Shown one piece after another: positions 13,331 through 29,386 of a stretch of 64,000 nt of DNA (within the stretch, counting starts at the first letter, position 1; every line of letters starts with the position of its first letter). Both the position numbers and the translations under genes were made by a program. The DNA is taken from the NCBI RefSeq assembly GCF_009914755.1, contig NC_060928.1. One strand, written 5' to 3'. The notes under the pieces are model-generated. The model did not search any database and had not been told where the DNA came from. It was given only the letters and a program-made list of their open reading frames with translations. Source of the stretch: the human T2T-CHM13v2.0 reference genome, Homo sapiens.

Positions 13331-15235
13331 GGCAAAAACTGGGGTAATAACTGGAGGTTACGATATAAAATCAAGTCAGGGTTTTCTTTAATGGAAAAAG
13401 TAATATATAATTTTAATCAGACTTATCCCAAAGAAAGGGGAAATTGATGATGTAGAAAAAGAAAAAGGGACAACTGTTGGTTTCCTTCTTGAGTAGACAA
13501 AATAAGACATTAATATTGGATGGTAGAGCACCTGGCTGATTGAACCTGGTCCCAGGAAAATCAAAGTTGAATTATTTAGAGCGCTCACAGGAGATTAATG
13601 TAGGTCAATGATAAAAGATGATTCATATCTACTTTTGATGTATGCACAGCTATTCATGAATATTTTTTGCTGAGTAAAACTATATATATGCCTTCATTTG
13701 CCTAAGAGGATACAAGTAAAATATGCAGATGTATGACTCAATAGCATAAGAGAAACTCTTGGGCTAGGAGGATTTGTTTACGGTTGAAGGAGGTCATCAA
13801 ATTAGGAAACTTCTTTTATATTTTGAGCTGGAATCTCTTCTTCTTTATCTGTTATCTACTAAGCCCAGTTCTTCTGTATCTGTTACCTACTAAGCCTGGC
13901 ACCTCATAGTGGCACCCTCTGTGTCCTATGACAACTTTCCTGTGCTCTCAACTTTTGCCTACTTCAGGTAAACCATCTCAGTTTTTTCTAACATTATTTA
14001 TTTTTATTTCTATCCCCTCCTCAATGTCAGCCATTGTCCTCTGACTGTGTGTCTGCTTGCCAAAATCACTTTTGATGTGTAATTCTTGGAAGAGACCCCA
14101 GGATTCAGGTTTGATCTTACCAGCTTACTTTAACTGTTAACTCTCGTTGTCTTTTTCCTGGTCACCACATTTCTGTTAATGTTGCCTGGCATTTCATTAA
14201 TTTTCTTGGTAACGTTTTAGGCTGAAAGCTCATATTACTCATCTTGGAGTAACCGTAATATGTTGGGCCAACATTACCCTAAGGTAACTACATGCATGAG
14301 ATCACCTAAGACTCTTGAACATCCTGTGGAGTATGTGTAGTTAGTATTACGTTACAAAGTAAAAAACAGACTCAGCAAGCTTATGGATGTGCCCAAACCC
14401 TACAGCTCACAGTCAACTGCAACCTGTTAACACAGCATGTCTGTCCTGAAACCTAGCTTTTGCATTGCCCCAGGATGCTTTGAAATCAAATGATTGCAAT
14501 ACAGATATGGATGAGGCAAGAAGAGATACAAAATGTTATGAAACATATGGGGACAAAGCTAATTCCACTTTCCAGGATTGCAGTTATTTCAGTAACCCTC
14601 AAGGCCAGGAGCCCATCACCTCCCATTGGTGGATGGATGCACCATTTTCTGCAGGATAGTAAGAGCTGGGCTGAACCAGGAAGTAGCCTCCTTGGAGGGC
14701 AGTGCTGGATAGTTAGTCACTGCTCTCCCCGAAAGCCGAAAGACAACGCCCTGGTGCCAATGAGGCACCTTCCTGTCCAAGGGTGTGTGTGAGAACCGGA
14801 AATCAAGAGCTGCAAGTCACTGCTCATGGGACTAGTTTCGGCCTAAGAGACCTGGTGAAAGCCAGACTTTAAAATGTCACTTTCAGGATGCAGGTTTTTA
14901 AATTGGTAGGTGTACTTGATAATATTGTAAGCTGAGTATGTGGGAAAAAATACAGTGTGGTCCACAGAAATGATCACAAGATACCTAAATAGAAGCAATA
15001 GGGTCTGCATAGGATTTTAATAGAGCTATCATAATGGAGGAACCTTGTGATTTTGCCTAAAAACAAGCATGAAGCATTTAGAATTTTAAAATAATAATTA
15101 CTGTGCCCAACAGACACATGGTAACCATTGCATCCCCAGCCCATCTTCGATCCCCAACCCTTCACTAGCAGCTCTCCTCACTTCCCTCATCTTTTATTCC
15201 CCATGTACGTGTAGCTAGGAGTGGAGTGAGGTTTA

Positions 15236-15610
<375 letters not shown>

Positions 15611-17015
15611 TCATTCCTTTTATCAAAATGGCCTAATCAAAATGACGGTAGGACAGTGTTCAGCTCTGAGGTGGACACATGTCAATATAGACCTGTGAGT
15701 CAGAGCATTTGGGCATGGATGGATACCTCAAAAGAATTTAAGGTGCTCAGAGGACAAGCCCAAGAACAAGTCACAGGGCACAGGTCCCCAGAAAAAAAAA
15801 TTGGGGTGCAAAAGCTACAAGCAAAGTTTCTTAGCAGGGATAGGGTTACCTAGGTCTAAATCCTGTCTGGCTTGATCACAGGACAAGTGATAAAGATAAG
15901 TGCTCAGGCAGAGGAGGTGGTGAGGACAGATTAATATTTACTGAGTCCCAACATTTTGCTGGGTAATGCCCTAGGCACTTCAAAGCTTCTGTTCTATTTG
16001 ATCTTCACACTAAACAGACCTGAAATGAATTTGTCCCATTAATATATGGGTAAACTCAGGCTTGGAAAGTCAAGTAACTTACTCAAAGTCACTGATGTTA
16101 TAAATGATGTTTCCTACTTGGGCTGTTCGATTCCAAAGCCTGAACTTTTTGCAGTGTATCACTGGCTAGAGAAAGACTCACAGCCTCAGGATGTAAGTCC
16201 ACTTCTTGAAATTTGAAGCTTATCAACAGCTAGATGGGTCACAGGTTTTATGAATCCAGAATCTACCAATTTTTAGCCAGATCACCCCTACCCCACTGTC
16301 TAAGCCATCCCCACCGGATCCTGAACATTCCCTGGAAAATTATTGCATCTGCCATGTTTTGGCTTACAGAAATGCCCTACTCCTTTCTATATCAATCAAA
16401 GTGAACTTTCACTTTAAGGACCAGCACCCAAGCCATATTTATCTCAAGTCCTTCCAAGGTCTTACAAAGCTGAACCAAGCCTGGCCCCACCTGTCCCACA
16501 AACACACTCTGTATCCTCCTGCCTCACCCTCAACTGCACTGCAATCACTGGTACACAGCTCCACCCCTTGGTTTCAGGGAAGCCTGGACTAATGACAACA
16601 ACCAGGTTTCTGAACGGATCAAAGGTATTATCAGACATACGTCACTTCCTACACTAACTACGTAGGTCATTTTCTCTTGCTCTGCCTCAGTTTCTGTGTC
16701 TTTAAAATCAAGGATTGATAAAAACATGTGCCTAGTGCTTAGGATTGCAACTGGCACAAAGAAAGGAGATGAGACTTGCACAAAATGTGATCCTTTGTGT
16801 CTCATCTTGACCCTGTGTCCTTCAGACACTTTTGTTCAGCCCCAGGCCAGGAGGCTTTACTGAAATTTTATGTATTCCTTTGAAGCTGCCCCAGCACTTG
16901 CCAGAGAGGGTTTCATGTGTTTTAGTTGAGCTAACTGTAACATGTTCCTAACGTTTTATACCTGAAACACATGACTCTTTCATTGGTGCAATTTTATATG
17001 AATATGGGTAACACA

Positions 17016-17305
17016 TATGCTAGGGCTGTCATAACACAGTGCCACAGGTGGCGTGGCTTCAATAGCAGGAATTTATTGTCTCACAATTCTACAGGCTAGA
17101 TGTCCAAGATTAAGGTGTCAGCAGGGTTGGCTTCTCCCTGTGTCTTCACATGGTCACCCCTCTTTGTTCCAATCTCCTCTTCTTTAAGGGACATCAGCCA
17201 TTATCAGTGCCCATCCTAATAGTTTTTTAACCTCAATCTCCTCTAAAAGTCTTAACTGAAGTTAAGGCTTTAAAATGTGAATTTGGGGGAGGAACAGGAT
17301 TCACT
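17016..17305 (-). mobile_element. MLT1-family LTR, internally deleted
   Basis: GCTAGGGCTGTCATAACA...AATTTATTGTCTCACAATTCT...TCCAAGATTAAGGTGTCAGCAGGGTTGG. Confidence 0.7.
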
Positions 17306-17574
17306 GGTGGTTGTGCAAACACTCCAAGCTGAAGCCTTTTACTGGAGCAGAGAGGACAAGACAGCATCGGCCTAGGCTTAAAGTTATTCCAGCTTTGCCT
17401 GCCTTGCATGGGGGGGCTATGCATGAGACATGGCTGGGAAACTTGCTAGCTGAAGAAACCATAGGAAGAATGAAATTCAGGAAACAGGGACACATGAACC
17501 CTGCACACACAGTGAGCTCACAGGTGGCCGCTTTGTCATGAGAAGTATTTCACCCTGGCCTCCTGGGAGCACTG

Positions 17575-18450
17575 AGTGTGGTAGGGACAGCAAGCTCTGA
17601 ACTTAGAGAAAAATGAGTTTCTACCCTAGCTTTGCAACCAACAAGAAACAGAACCAGTTACCTAAGCTTTGTGAGTCATTGCTTTGCCATCTGTAAAATG
17701 AGCTAATGCTAATACTTGCTTAACCAACCTGTTGTGAAGATTGAATTACATAATGCCTAGGGAAACATTTTCCGTAATGCTGGATACATTCTAAATGCTC
17801 AGCAAGTGAGAGTTATGGTTGGGATTGTTAATAATAACAGCATTGTCCTTGTTACTGTAATACATAAAGTTATTATTATTTTACAGAGTTGGAATAGGGC
17901 GCTTTCTTTTCATCCCATCATACTGACCCTCCACTAGGGTTTATGCTCTTCATGAAGGGTTTGTAAGGGAGCAGATGCCTTCTGCGGTGCAGGCACAAAC
18001 CATCTCATAGGATTCTGGATGGTAAACTTAGATATCACAGTTACAACCCAATTATTTTTCAGATGAAGGACCGAGGTCCCAGGAAGGGAAGTGACATTGT
18101 AAGGTCCCTTGATGGCTCATTAGCAGAACTGGGATTAAAATCCTGATATCTTAATGCCTAGTTTCAAGCACTCTCTTTTGTATTCCCACTTTCTCCAATA
18201 CTGTAATCCCTCCACCAGATCACTGCCCTTTCAGACACTGTGTGAGGTTAAAAGTAGTTCAGTATACTAATTTGGAATTCTGGGCCTGTCATGTATTAAC
18301 TGTGCGACCTTGGATGAGTAATTTAACCTCTTCCTACCTTAGTTTCTCCTCTGTAAAATGAAAGTTATAATAGGGCTCATTTTGTAAGATTGTTTGTGAG
18401 GGTTAAATGAGGCCATACATACAGCTTGCTTGCTTAGCATGATATCTGCT
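17575..18450. mobile_element. Cluster of MIR fragments
   Basis: MIR cores at ~17690 (CATCTGTAAAATG), ~18060 (CAGATGAAGGACCGAGG) and ~18340 (AGTTTCTCCTCTGTAAAATG). Confidence 0.65.
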
Positions 18451-19097
18451 GCTTGTCACGTGTTCTTTGGCAATTCCCTGGAAATAGTTAAACGTGTCAG
18501 CTGCATTTTGCAGCTACGAAGCGAGAAAAGGAAGAGAAGGCAGAGGAGTAGAGTGTATTCATGGAATCTAAGCTGGGGAAGATGGGTGTGAGGGTATGCA
18601 GGGCAGTGGAAAGTGAGGAAACAGTGAACTGTAAATAACGAAGAAATAGTCAAGAACTCAGTATTATAACTGTCTGCTTCTGTGCCTGTCTTCCACCACT
18701 AACTGGTGGAACTGGCTCCTGGTCACCTTTCTGAACCTTTCTACCTCCTGCTCTTGACATTGTACCTGGTATAGAGTTTGGCACCATAATTTCAGTGGAA
18801 TGAGTGAGTCCATGAATATGCAAATGCAGGAATGTAGCCAGGCTCATCCCATGGTGTCAAAGTTGATCACATTCTTTTCTGAGTAACGGAGGAGGGTTGT
18901 GAGCCCGCTGCCACTTTAAGTACAGGGGATGCAGGGAGTGATGTGCTGGAGTCAGCATCAAGGACATCTCTGCCCAACTATGTGACTAGGTGGGCCAGGG
19001 GCTTATAGGTAGACATGGAGGAAATCTTCACACCAGAGGAATTAGCAGGTGCTACTGTTCAGGGCTTCCCTCCCACCCCTTCTTAAACATTTATCAG

Positions 19098-19500
19098 TGT
19101 AATGGCTCTTTCTTGCACTGCTATAAAGAACTACCTGAAGACTGGGTAATTTATAAAGAAAAGATATTTAATTGGCTCACTGTTCTGAGGTCTATGCAGG
19201 GCTTCTTCTTCTGGGGAGGCCTCAGGAAACTTACAATCATGGTGAAAAATGAAGAGGAAGGAGGCACATCTTACATGGCTAGAACAGGAGGAAGTGAGTG
19301 AAGGGCAAGGTGCTACCCACTTTCAAACAACCAGGTCTCACAAGAACTCACTCACAAGACAGCACTAGGGGGATGGCGCTAAACCATTAAAAACCACCCC
19401 CGTGATCCAAGCACCTTCCACCAGCACCTTCCCCACCTTCAACACTGAGATTACAATTTGACATGAGATTTGGGTGGGGACACAGAACCAAACCAAATCA
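19098..19500 (-). mobile_element. MSTA/B-like MaLR solo LTR
   Basis: TGTAATGG...GGGGAGGCCTCAGGAAACTTACAATCATGG...ATGAGATTTGGGTGGGGACACAG...AATCA; TSD ATCAG (19093-19097, 19501-19505). Confidence 0.88.
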
Positions 19501-21159
19501 ATCAGCACTTCAGTGAGGCAGAAAATGCACCCAAGAAATCTCAACTCATTCATTCTGGATGCTGTGGGGGCTCTTCTGAGCTCCCCAGCAAGCATGATCT
19601 TCTCTTCTGAAAATTCTTCCAGGCTTCACCATTTTCTCTGACCCTCTTTCAGTTCTCAGTTCTATGAACTGGGGCTTGGGAATTGTGAGTCATACACACA
19701 GACCCCTTGGAACTTAGTGAGAATTTTGTGGGGAAATACATTTTAAAATATTTTAGTTTAAAATTGTCTTGGAAAAGTATGTAGCAGTATCAAATAGACA
19801 TCATCATTTTAAAAAACTACGTACTTTTAATATCCCTATAGAATAAATACGAAAAAATGTCACAGCTTTCTCTTGATTGAGATAATAAATTGCTCACCAA
19901 ACTTATTGTAAATATAACTGGATACAGAATGTAATAATATAATTTTCTCTGAAACAGATTTGAACAGATGTATGTTTAAACTTACATCCATCACTAGTAT
20001 CTGTGTATCTTAGGCAAATGTACAAATCTCACTAGAACATACTTTCCTCATTTTGAAAATGGGGAAATAATCTGCAAGTGAAGTGTTGTCTTAATAATAA
20101 TGTTTGCAAGGCTTCTACATCAGTGTTTGACACAAAGAAGGAACTTGGAAAATATATATGTTTTTAAAAGATCATTTTATAAATAGGAGAATTAGCAATG
20201 CCAGAGCCCGAGGTGGTCCATCTTCAGTTTTTCTTCCTAGAATTGAAGATGTAAACAGCTTAATGATGGACTAAAATTCACAAATGGGTCCCTAGCTGCT
20301 GCATTTCCCCCAATTCTGATAGCTGGAACTTTGAGAAGTGCTGAGGCTATAATGTAGGTTCATGAAGGAAAGGTTATAGGAAATGAGTGTGCATAGCATT
20401 TTCTGGAAACCAAGTGCTTAAAAGAAGAAAAATGTTGGTCTTTTTAATATAGGTCAAGAACAGAATTTCAAGGATAATTAGAGTTATGCAATATTATAAA
20501 AGTCACAGCATTGCAAAACTGAAAACTCTTCTAAACACAAATGTATTGAGCACCTATTATTTCAATTAGCCTTTTACAAAATGCTAAAGTTGGAATATCC
20601 TATAGGCATCCTTGAAACAATGCAAAGGTGACCTCAATGGTGACAATTCCGACTATTTCAATAGGACAGTTCTTCAGTATGCAGGAATGTTTTCCTCATT
20701 GTGAGTATCTTAGCATCCCAGCCTCACTTACTGTGTGAGTATGACAATAAACATGCTTCCCCACACTTCTTCTATGTGCCCTCAGAGAACAGTTGTAGAC
20801 CCACATTAGGGCCATGCGGCTACCTGCCACTTATTTCTCAGATGAGGATAGAAGATTCAGAAAAGAATAGTGTCACATTCAATTTCAAACAGGTGCTCCC
20901 TCTCAGTCCTGATTCTTGCACCAGGAGGCTTTTCGGATTCCACTGCTACATGAAGTATTTTTTAAATTAAGTCCCTGATGAAACCCTTTTTTTTTCTTGA
21001 GAATCAGAAGTTAGAATTGAAAGGAAAATTGGAATCTGTTTTGTCCAACCTCCTCATATGGCCAAAAAGAAAATGAGGAACAGAGAAAAGGATAACTTAG
21101 CAGATTTAATTCAGTCTCTGGGGGAATAGTGATAATTCAAGCCATTGCTGACAAACAGA

Positions 21160-21885
21160 TGTAACCACTTAATGGATTTACTTTGCCCAATGCCCAGATA
21201 GAGCCAATTTATCAAGACAGGGAATTGCAATAGAGAAAGAGTTTAATATGTATAGAGCCAGCTACACAGGAGACTGGAGTTTTATTATTACTCAAATCAG
21301 CCTTCCCCAAAATTCAGAGGCTAGAGTTTTTCAAGGATAGTTTGGTGGGTAGGTGGGTAGGGAATGGGTGCTGCTGACTGGTTGGAGTGCAATCATAGAG
21401 GTGTAGAAAATGGTCCTCCTGCCCTGAATCAGCTTCTGGGTGGGGGCCATAGAGGAGTTGCTGCCTTGGGTGGGGCTATCTGGTCATCAGAAATGCAAAT
21501 GCTTGAAAAGACATTTCAAAAGGCCAATCTTAGGTTCTACAATAGTGATGCTATTTACAGGAGTATGTGGGGAATTTGTAAGTTTTGTGATCTCTGGAAC
21601 AATGGTTGATTATTGTTTAACTAAGCCTAGATTGTAGCAGAATTCAGGCCCCTCTCATCCTACTAATCTGGTGGCTTTTCTTCAGTTTTACAAAGGCAAT
21701 TTAGTTTTAGGAAGGGCTATTATCATTTAACCTATAAACTAAATTTCTCTGAAAGTTAGCTTGACCCATGCCCAGGAATAACCAAGGGCAGTTTGGGGGT
21801 TAAAGACAAGATGAAGTTGGTTAAGTAAGGTCCCTTTCACTGTCATAGTTTTCTCACTGTTATAATTTTTGCAAAGGTGGTTTCA
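21160..21885 (-). mobile_element. LTR8A-like ERV1 (MER4 group) solo LTR
   Basis: Minus strand begins TGAAACCACCTTTGCAAAAATTATAACAGTGAGAAAAC and ends GGTTACA; 4-bp TSD CAGA (21156-21159, 21886-21889). Confidence 0.85.
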
Positions 21886-24631
21886 CAGATACCCCAGTGA
21901 AGCTGGTTTATCGTAGAATAAACGTTAACATTTGAATAGACTTCTTGAGGCTGGGGAAATAAAAGGCCCTGGGTGACCAGATGATTCTGTTCTGTAAAAC
22001 AGGCTTGACAATAGTAGCATGGTTGGGCCTGGAGTTAGGGGATATTTTGTATGGAAAGGAATTTAGTTGATGTCTGGACTGATATCTAAAGGCCTGAATG
22101 ACAAAGTCTGAGGGAGGGTCTCTAGTATTAAAACATCTATTTATCAACTTCAAGTTAGCAATAGTAATCATAATAGCTGTCATTTCTTGATACCTGCTCA
22201 CGTCCCATGCAGGTTACCTTTACAAGTGGAGGTAGGACTCGCTGTATCCCTACTGTAGGTCCATTTTTCAGATGAGTATATTGAGGTTCAGAGAAGTTAA
22301 GTAATTGTCCAAAGTCACACAGATAGTATCAGCAGAATTAGGATTCCATAAATATGTATGGAATTCTTTCTCTATCTCACTTTCTGTAGCAGTGGTTGGG
22401 GATATGCAGATACACAAGAATGGACCCTTGCTTTTGAGGTCTCCAGCCCAGTGGGGAAGGCTGCTGAAATGGGGACATTTCAACTGTAGAGTCTTTGGGC
22501 TCCTACTGACCTATAAGGGCTGAGAAAGCAGAGGTGGTCTAGACTGGTTGATGATGGAAGTAAATTTCAGGAGTTTTCTTAGAGGACTCCAGCATTAGTG
22601 TAGTCTTGGAAAATGAGTAGGACTTGGCCAGATGAAGGAATAATGAGACTATTGAGGAGTAGGGACAAGGATGGAGTGAGAACTTCTTAGGATATGCAAA
22701 AATCCAGAAATCAGAAACAAGGCTTTTTTGTGGAGCTACAGTATTAATGACTAAAACATGAGCCACATGTTTCAGAAGAGGGCATAAAGATATTTCCCCC
22801 TGCCTAGGTGACCACAGGATAAACAGCCTGCTCAAATAAAGGACATATAAGCAGCACAGTCGAATAGGAGGTACCAGGTTTTAGGGTCAGTGAATCATCA
22901 TAAAGGTTCTCCTGTCTTTTCGTCTCTAAATACCAGGGAGCTGGAGCACAGCTCAGAGGGTCAGAGGTGGGAGGCAAAGTGCTGTACTCTTGTTCAATAG
23001 TTTTCTTGGCCCTCCTTGTCTAGATATTTTCTGCCTTCTAAAATTTTTCTTGCTTCTCTGTTCTCTCCCCTTTTCATCCATTTTCTGGCTACCTTGTTCC
23101 CATTCTTGACCCTCTCTAGCTGTTTATGTTTGTCCATTTGCTCTCTCATCAGAATAGAAGTTACAGCTCTGCCACATCCTCAGTGTGCAATTCGGAGACA
23201 TCACCTAACTTATCTGGGCCTCATTTTCCTCATGTGCACAATGGGTATTCTCTCTTATGGAAGTGAGGAAGACCAAATTTAAGACAGCTGCAAACTTTAA
23301 TGGACCAAGCAAATCTCTTTTGTTATTGATATTGTAATCCAGAAGTCATAGTTAAGAATAAGGTTGCATCATAGAGTTCCTAAATTTTGTGGCTTCCTAT
23401 GTGTAAATGGAAGAACAAAAAATACACCTATTTGCATTTAAATACAAGTCTAAATCCCTCCCAAAAGTGGTAATAACCACCCCAAATGAATTATACATTT
23501 TCTAATTTTAAAAGGCCGTTTTATGGAAATGAGGCTATTTGTGCTGCATAGTATGCTCTTGTTGTATCAATGCAAATGCCAAAGGGTGTGATTTATCCAG
23601 ACTAAAACACCAATGGGAAAAAGAAAAAAAATAGAATCTCCTTTGCATTACATTTTAAACACTCGGTAAGTACTTCACCTGTAAACCCCTCCCCTCCAGG
23701 GAAAATAAGTAGCCATGTGGGCATTTCATATTTTTCAGCTGTGCTGGGTGACAACGATTTGCTGAAGTTATCCAGCATGGAGTGTGTGGTAAATCCTGAA
23801 GAAATGCAATTTCATTTTCAAAGATTCAATGAGAGCTGATTTGTATGTATAATCCTCTATAATTTTGTGAATGCAAGTCTTACGTTGTGTTTCTAGTCAC
23901 TGTTCCCAAAACCTGAGTGTGTAAATCCAATTTACATGTTCAATTACATCCATTTGAACAGTGGTCTTTAATATAAGTTCCCATGTTAATTTTTGGAATC
24001 TATGACAGCGACCATCTTTTGCAGCCACTCCCTGCAGGAAGGGCTATCATTACTAGAAAGCATGTGACTTTCAGACTAGAAATCAAATGCCCTCAATGTC
24101 TGTAGTTGTTCCTTGGCCTCTAATCACAGACTCTATGCATATGCGGGTTGGGAAAAGAAAATAGGGGTAAGGGGAGAGCTGCAGAGAAAAGGTTTTCTGA
24201 AATATTTCTCTTTATTCATTGAGGAATAATGCCCTTTCAGATGTAAAATAATTCCCAGGGAAGAAGAAAAGCCTACCAAAAAATACAAAATGCTAATGAT
24301 GCTTTTCCCATGAAGTATAAATAAGCAAATACTTTTTTTTTTTTTTCCAAAACAAACTACAGAAAAACAAGAAGAAACAAAAACAACTTTCTCTGGGAAC
24401 AAAATTAAAATATATTGTGTGTGACATCTTGGAAGTCCTTTCATCTCTTACAGTTTTACTTTTTAAGTACTAAAAGTAGGAGGTTGTGCTAGTGACATTT
24501 AAGCACAGTAGTAGAACTTCCTTCTTTTTAATGAGAAGCAAGTGGAAACCCAATAAATAAAACGAGAACTTGTATTTTACTAGTAATATCTATTTCACAT
24601 AAATAATGTTTATTTATTTACCAATTATGTG

Positions 24632-26303
<1,672 letters not shown>

Positions 26304-26399
26304 TTTCTGTAAGTTTCTATCTCTCAGCCATCCTTCAGCAAACTGCATACCTCAACTCTGTGTGTAATTCAACTCTTTGTGTGGTCCTCTTATTGAAGC

Positions 26400-26565
26400 T
26401 TCTCCTTCTCTGCTTTTTCTTCCTCCTTTCTTATCCCCTCTCCTTTTTCTCCTTCTTTCTTCTTCTTTTTCATCCTCCTCTTCCTCTTTCTTGTTTTCTT
26501 CTTTTCCACCTCCTTCTTTCTCTCTTTCTTTATCTTCCCCTTTCCCTCTTTTTTGTTCTTTCTTT
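26400..26565. repeat. CT-rich polypyrimidine low-complexity tract
   Basis: Near-pure C/T run of TTC/TCC units. Confidence 0.9.
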
Positions 26566-26984
26566 GGAATCCACCTCCATTTCAGAGCACCAAATGCCTT
26601 TAAAAAAGAAAAATGGGTAATAAAAAATGCCTCCTGGGAGAACCTAGTCATACTTTTAGCCTCATACCTAACTTTGTCATTTGCTCAGCATATTGCTTTA
26701 TTGGATATATTCATTCATTGCCTTGGTTCCCCTTGGAGATGTCACCATTCATCCATCAACTTGTAGTTCTTCCCACATTGTTACAGTAGACAAATAAAAA
26801 GCAGCTCTCTAGGGCATTGTGGGTTAATTTGCCACCAACTATCCTCATCAATTCACTTTTTTTCCGCCTAGAAATTTTAGGCTTACAACTGCCTCCTTGA
26901 ACTCTCATTAGGAATTCTGATTCATGACCTCCTTCTAATAATTTTGGCTTCTGATCTCAGCTCGCTTGTTTGCATTGAAACCAG

Positions 26985-27395
26985 TGGTATAGATTGAATT
27001 GTATTTCCTCAAAATTCATATGCTGAATCCCTAATACCCAGTAACTCAGAATGTGGCTACATTTGGAAATAGAGCCTTTACAGAGGTTATTAAGTTAAAA
27101 TAGGACCATTGGAGACACTAGGAAACCCTAATTCAACAGGACTAATGTTCTTAATGGAAGAAGAAATTTAGATACACAGAGAGATACTAGAGGTGTATGC
27201 ATACAGAGGAAAGACTAAGTGATCACACAGTGAGAAGTAGCCATCAGCAAGCAGGAGAGAGAGGCCTCAGAAGAAACTCAACTTCCCAACACTTTGATCT
27301 TAGACTTCTAGCCTCCATAACTGCGATAAAATGAATTCTATTTTTTAAGCCACATAGTCTGTGGTACTTTGCTAGGGTAATCCTAACAGCCTAAA
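26985..27395 (+). mobile_element. MLT1 (MLT1B-like) solo LTR
   Basis: GATTGAATTGTATTTCCTCAAAATTCATATGCTGAA...AGAGGCCTCAGAAGAAAC...TTAGACTTCTAGCCTCC. Confidence 0.78.
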
Positions 27396-27699
27396 AATTA
27401 GATTGCCCTTTACGTCTGATACTTGGTACTGCTTTTCAAGAAGCACCAAGTATCTCTGACTTTCTTCTTGACTGCAATTCATTGTTCACCACTTATTTGT
27501 GCTTATTTATACTTCTATATAATACTAACTCTCTCTGCCCAGCCAGCCCAGTCTGTTTACTACACATTAACTGCGTTCTCCTTGTAAACCAACCCTAAAC
27601 CCAGATGTATTCCTCTTTGATTCAACCCCATCCAACCTGGCCTTTAAGAGGAACTTTGATAATGCTTTCTCCAAACATAGTTAAGTCAAATGAGCTTCA

Positions 27700-27990
27700 A
27701 GACATTGCTTAAATAACATCTTCTCAATGAGGCCTACCCAGAATTCCCTATTTAAAATTGCAAAGATCTCTTCACCCCAGCATTCCTTATCCCCTTTTTC
27801 TTCATCTATTTTTTCTTCCAAATATTTTATTGTGTACTTTTATGTATTTATAATATTAATGTCTTATTATGTCTTACCTTCCTGGAATATAATGCTATAA
27901 GACCAAGGTTCACTCTTGTATTCCAGGATTATAGAATAATGCCTGACACACACAGGCAAACAATAAATATGTGTTTAGTGAATGAATGAC
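27700..27990 (+). mobile_element. L2 3' end
   Basis: ATAATGCCTGACACACACAGGCAAACAATAAATATGTGTTTAGTGAATGAATGA. Confidence 0.7.
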
Positions 27991-28971
27991 ATATGTAGAG
28001 TTCTGGGGCCATGTCTTTCTCACTGAGCTCGATGGTGGCTTCTGTATCTTCCTTGACGTTTTGAGTCTCCTCATAGAAATTGATGCTTGAGAAGATAACT
28101 AAAATGCATGTGATAAAATTTTCTGTCAAACTTCTTGGCTATATTGAGGAAAATAATGAATGCCTGCAATTATCAAAGCCTATTGGAAAGAATTTTAATT
28201 AAGTAGTGGATGATAACTCAGGCATGATTTGGGTAGATTTGCCTATAAACAAGCAAAAAGATTCTATTCTATACAAATGGTGTATTTTTCACTCACAGAC
28301 TTGACCAGCAGTAGAATAATTTCTTTAGTTTGGAAAATTTCAGGTTTACATTAATATAATTTCATCATAAACTATCACATTTTTCTCTCTGCTTTCAAGT
28401 ACATAATTCATTTTATAAAGAGCTAAAGATGTTTTTAAAACAATTTAGGAGAAAGTAAGCAAAATAAAGGTCTAAAAATGTTAGCAAGAAAGCTAACAAG
28501 TTTCTTATAAGAAACCAGGAGAACTTAACTGTTTACAGTCTCCACTTTCCTGCAATGACATTGTAGGAAGAACACTGCATTTGTTTCAGCTCTTGCGAAT
28601 TGAGCAAGGTGAATACGCTATATGCGATGCAGGCTCGTCCTCTGCAAAATGGGAGCAACAATAGTCTATCAAGTTACTGAGTAGCATCACTGAGAAAGCA
28701 CAAAGGAAACTCTTGGTACACCATCTTGTATACCAAAAATAGTTTAAAATGCTCCTGAATACTGCCTTTGATTTGAGTGTCAAATTCCTGTCATTCAGTT
28801 AGACTCACATCAGGTCTCTCATGAACCTGAAATGTGTGCTTCCTTTACCCATGATGTCTCCCTCAATGTTCTACAAGTCATATTCATGTTCATTATCCTC
28901 ACTTCCATCCTTGCCATTCTTTCACTTGTATCTTTCTGCCCATGAAAATCTTTGCCTGGAGAATTGTGTTA

Positions 28972-29103
28972 AAGAAGAAGAGGAAGAAGAAGGAGAAGGT
29001 TAGAAGAAGAAGAAGAGGAGGAAGAGGAAGAGGAGAAAGGAAGGAAGGAAGGAAGAAGAAAGAAGGAAGAAGGAAGAAAGAAGAAGGAAGAAGGAAAGGA
29101 GAC
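28972..29103. repeat. GA-rich (GAA/GGAA) polypurine simple repeat
   Basis: Almost purely A/G for ~130 bp. Confidence 0.9.
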
Positions 29104-29166
29104 TTCTGTCAATACCCATCCAAGCTTAGCAGGATAGGATGTTGTGCTGTGACTCTTTCATAATGC

Positions 29167-29386
29167 CTGTCACTGGCCTGGTATGGGTACTGGTGGAACG
29201 TTTGCAAGACACTGGCTGTTCTAGAGTAAGGTGAGGTAGATGCAAAAGGAAGGGGTGAGAGGTCACATGGACAGCTGTCAAGGAAGGGGAAATTAAAAAC
29301 AACCTTGAAAAGCCAAGAAAGCCTTTTGTGTTTGACGTGTTGTGTTTGACGTGATGAGAAATATATAACCAATTTGATTATAGGTG
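29167..29386 (+). repeat. Local direct repeat, copy A (partner at 34642-34847)
   Basis: Hand alignment gives ~37 mismatches over 206 aligned bases (~82%); the only gap is a 14-bp tandem duplication (TTGTGTTTGACGTG) in copy A. Confidence 0.9.

Noticed and set aside
26352-26766. Charged or hydrophobic ORFs here and at 28942-29163
   Set aside because: Translations of CT/GA low-complexity tracts.
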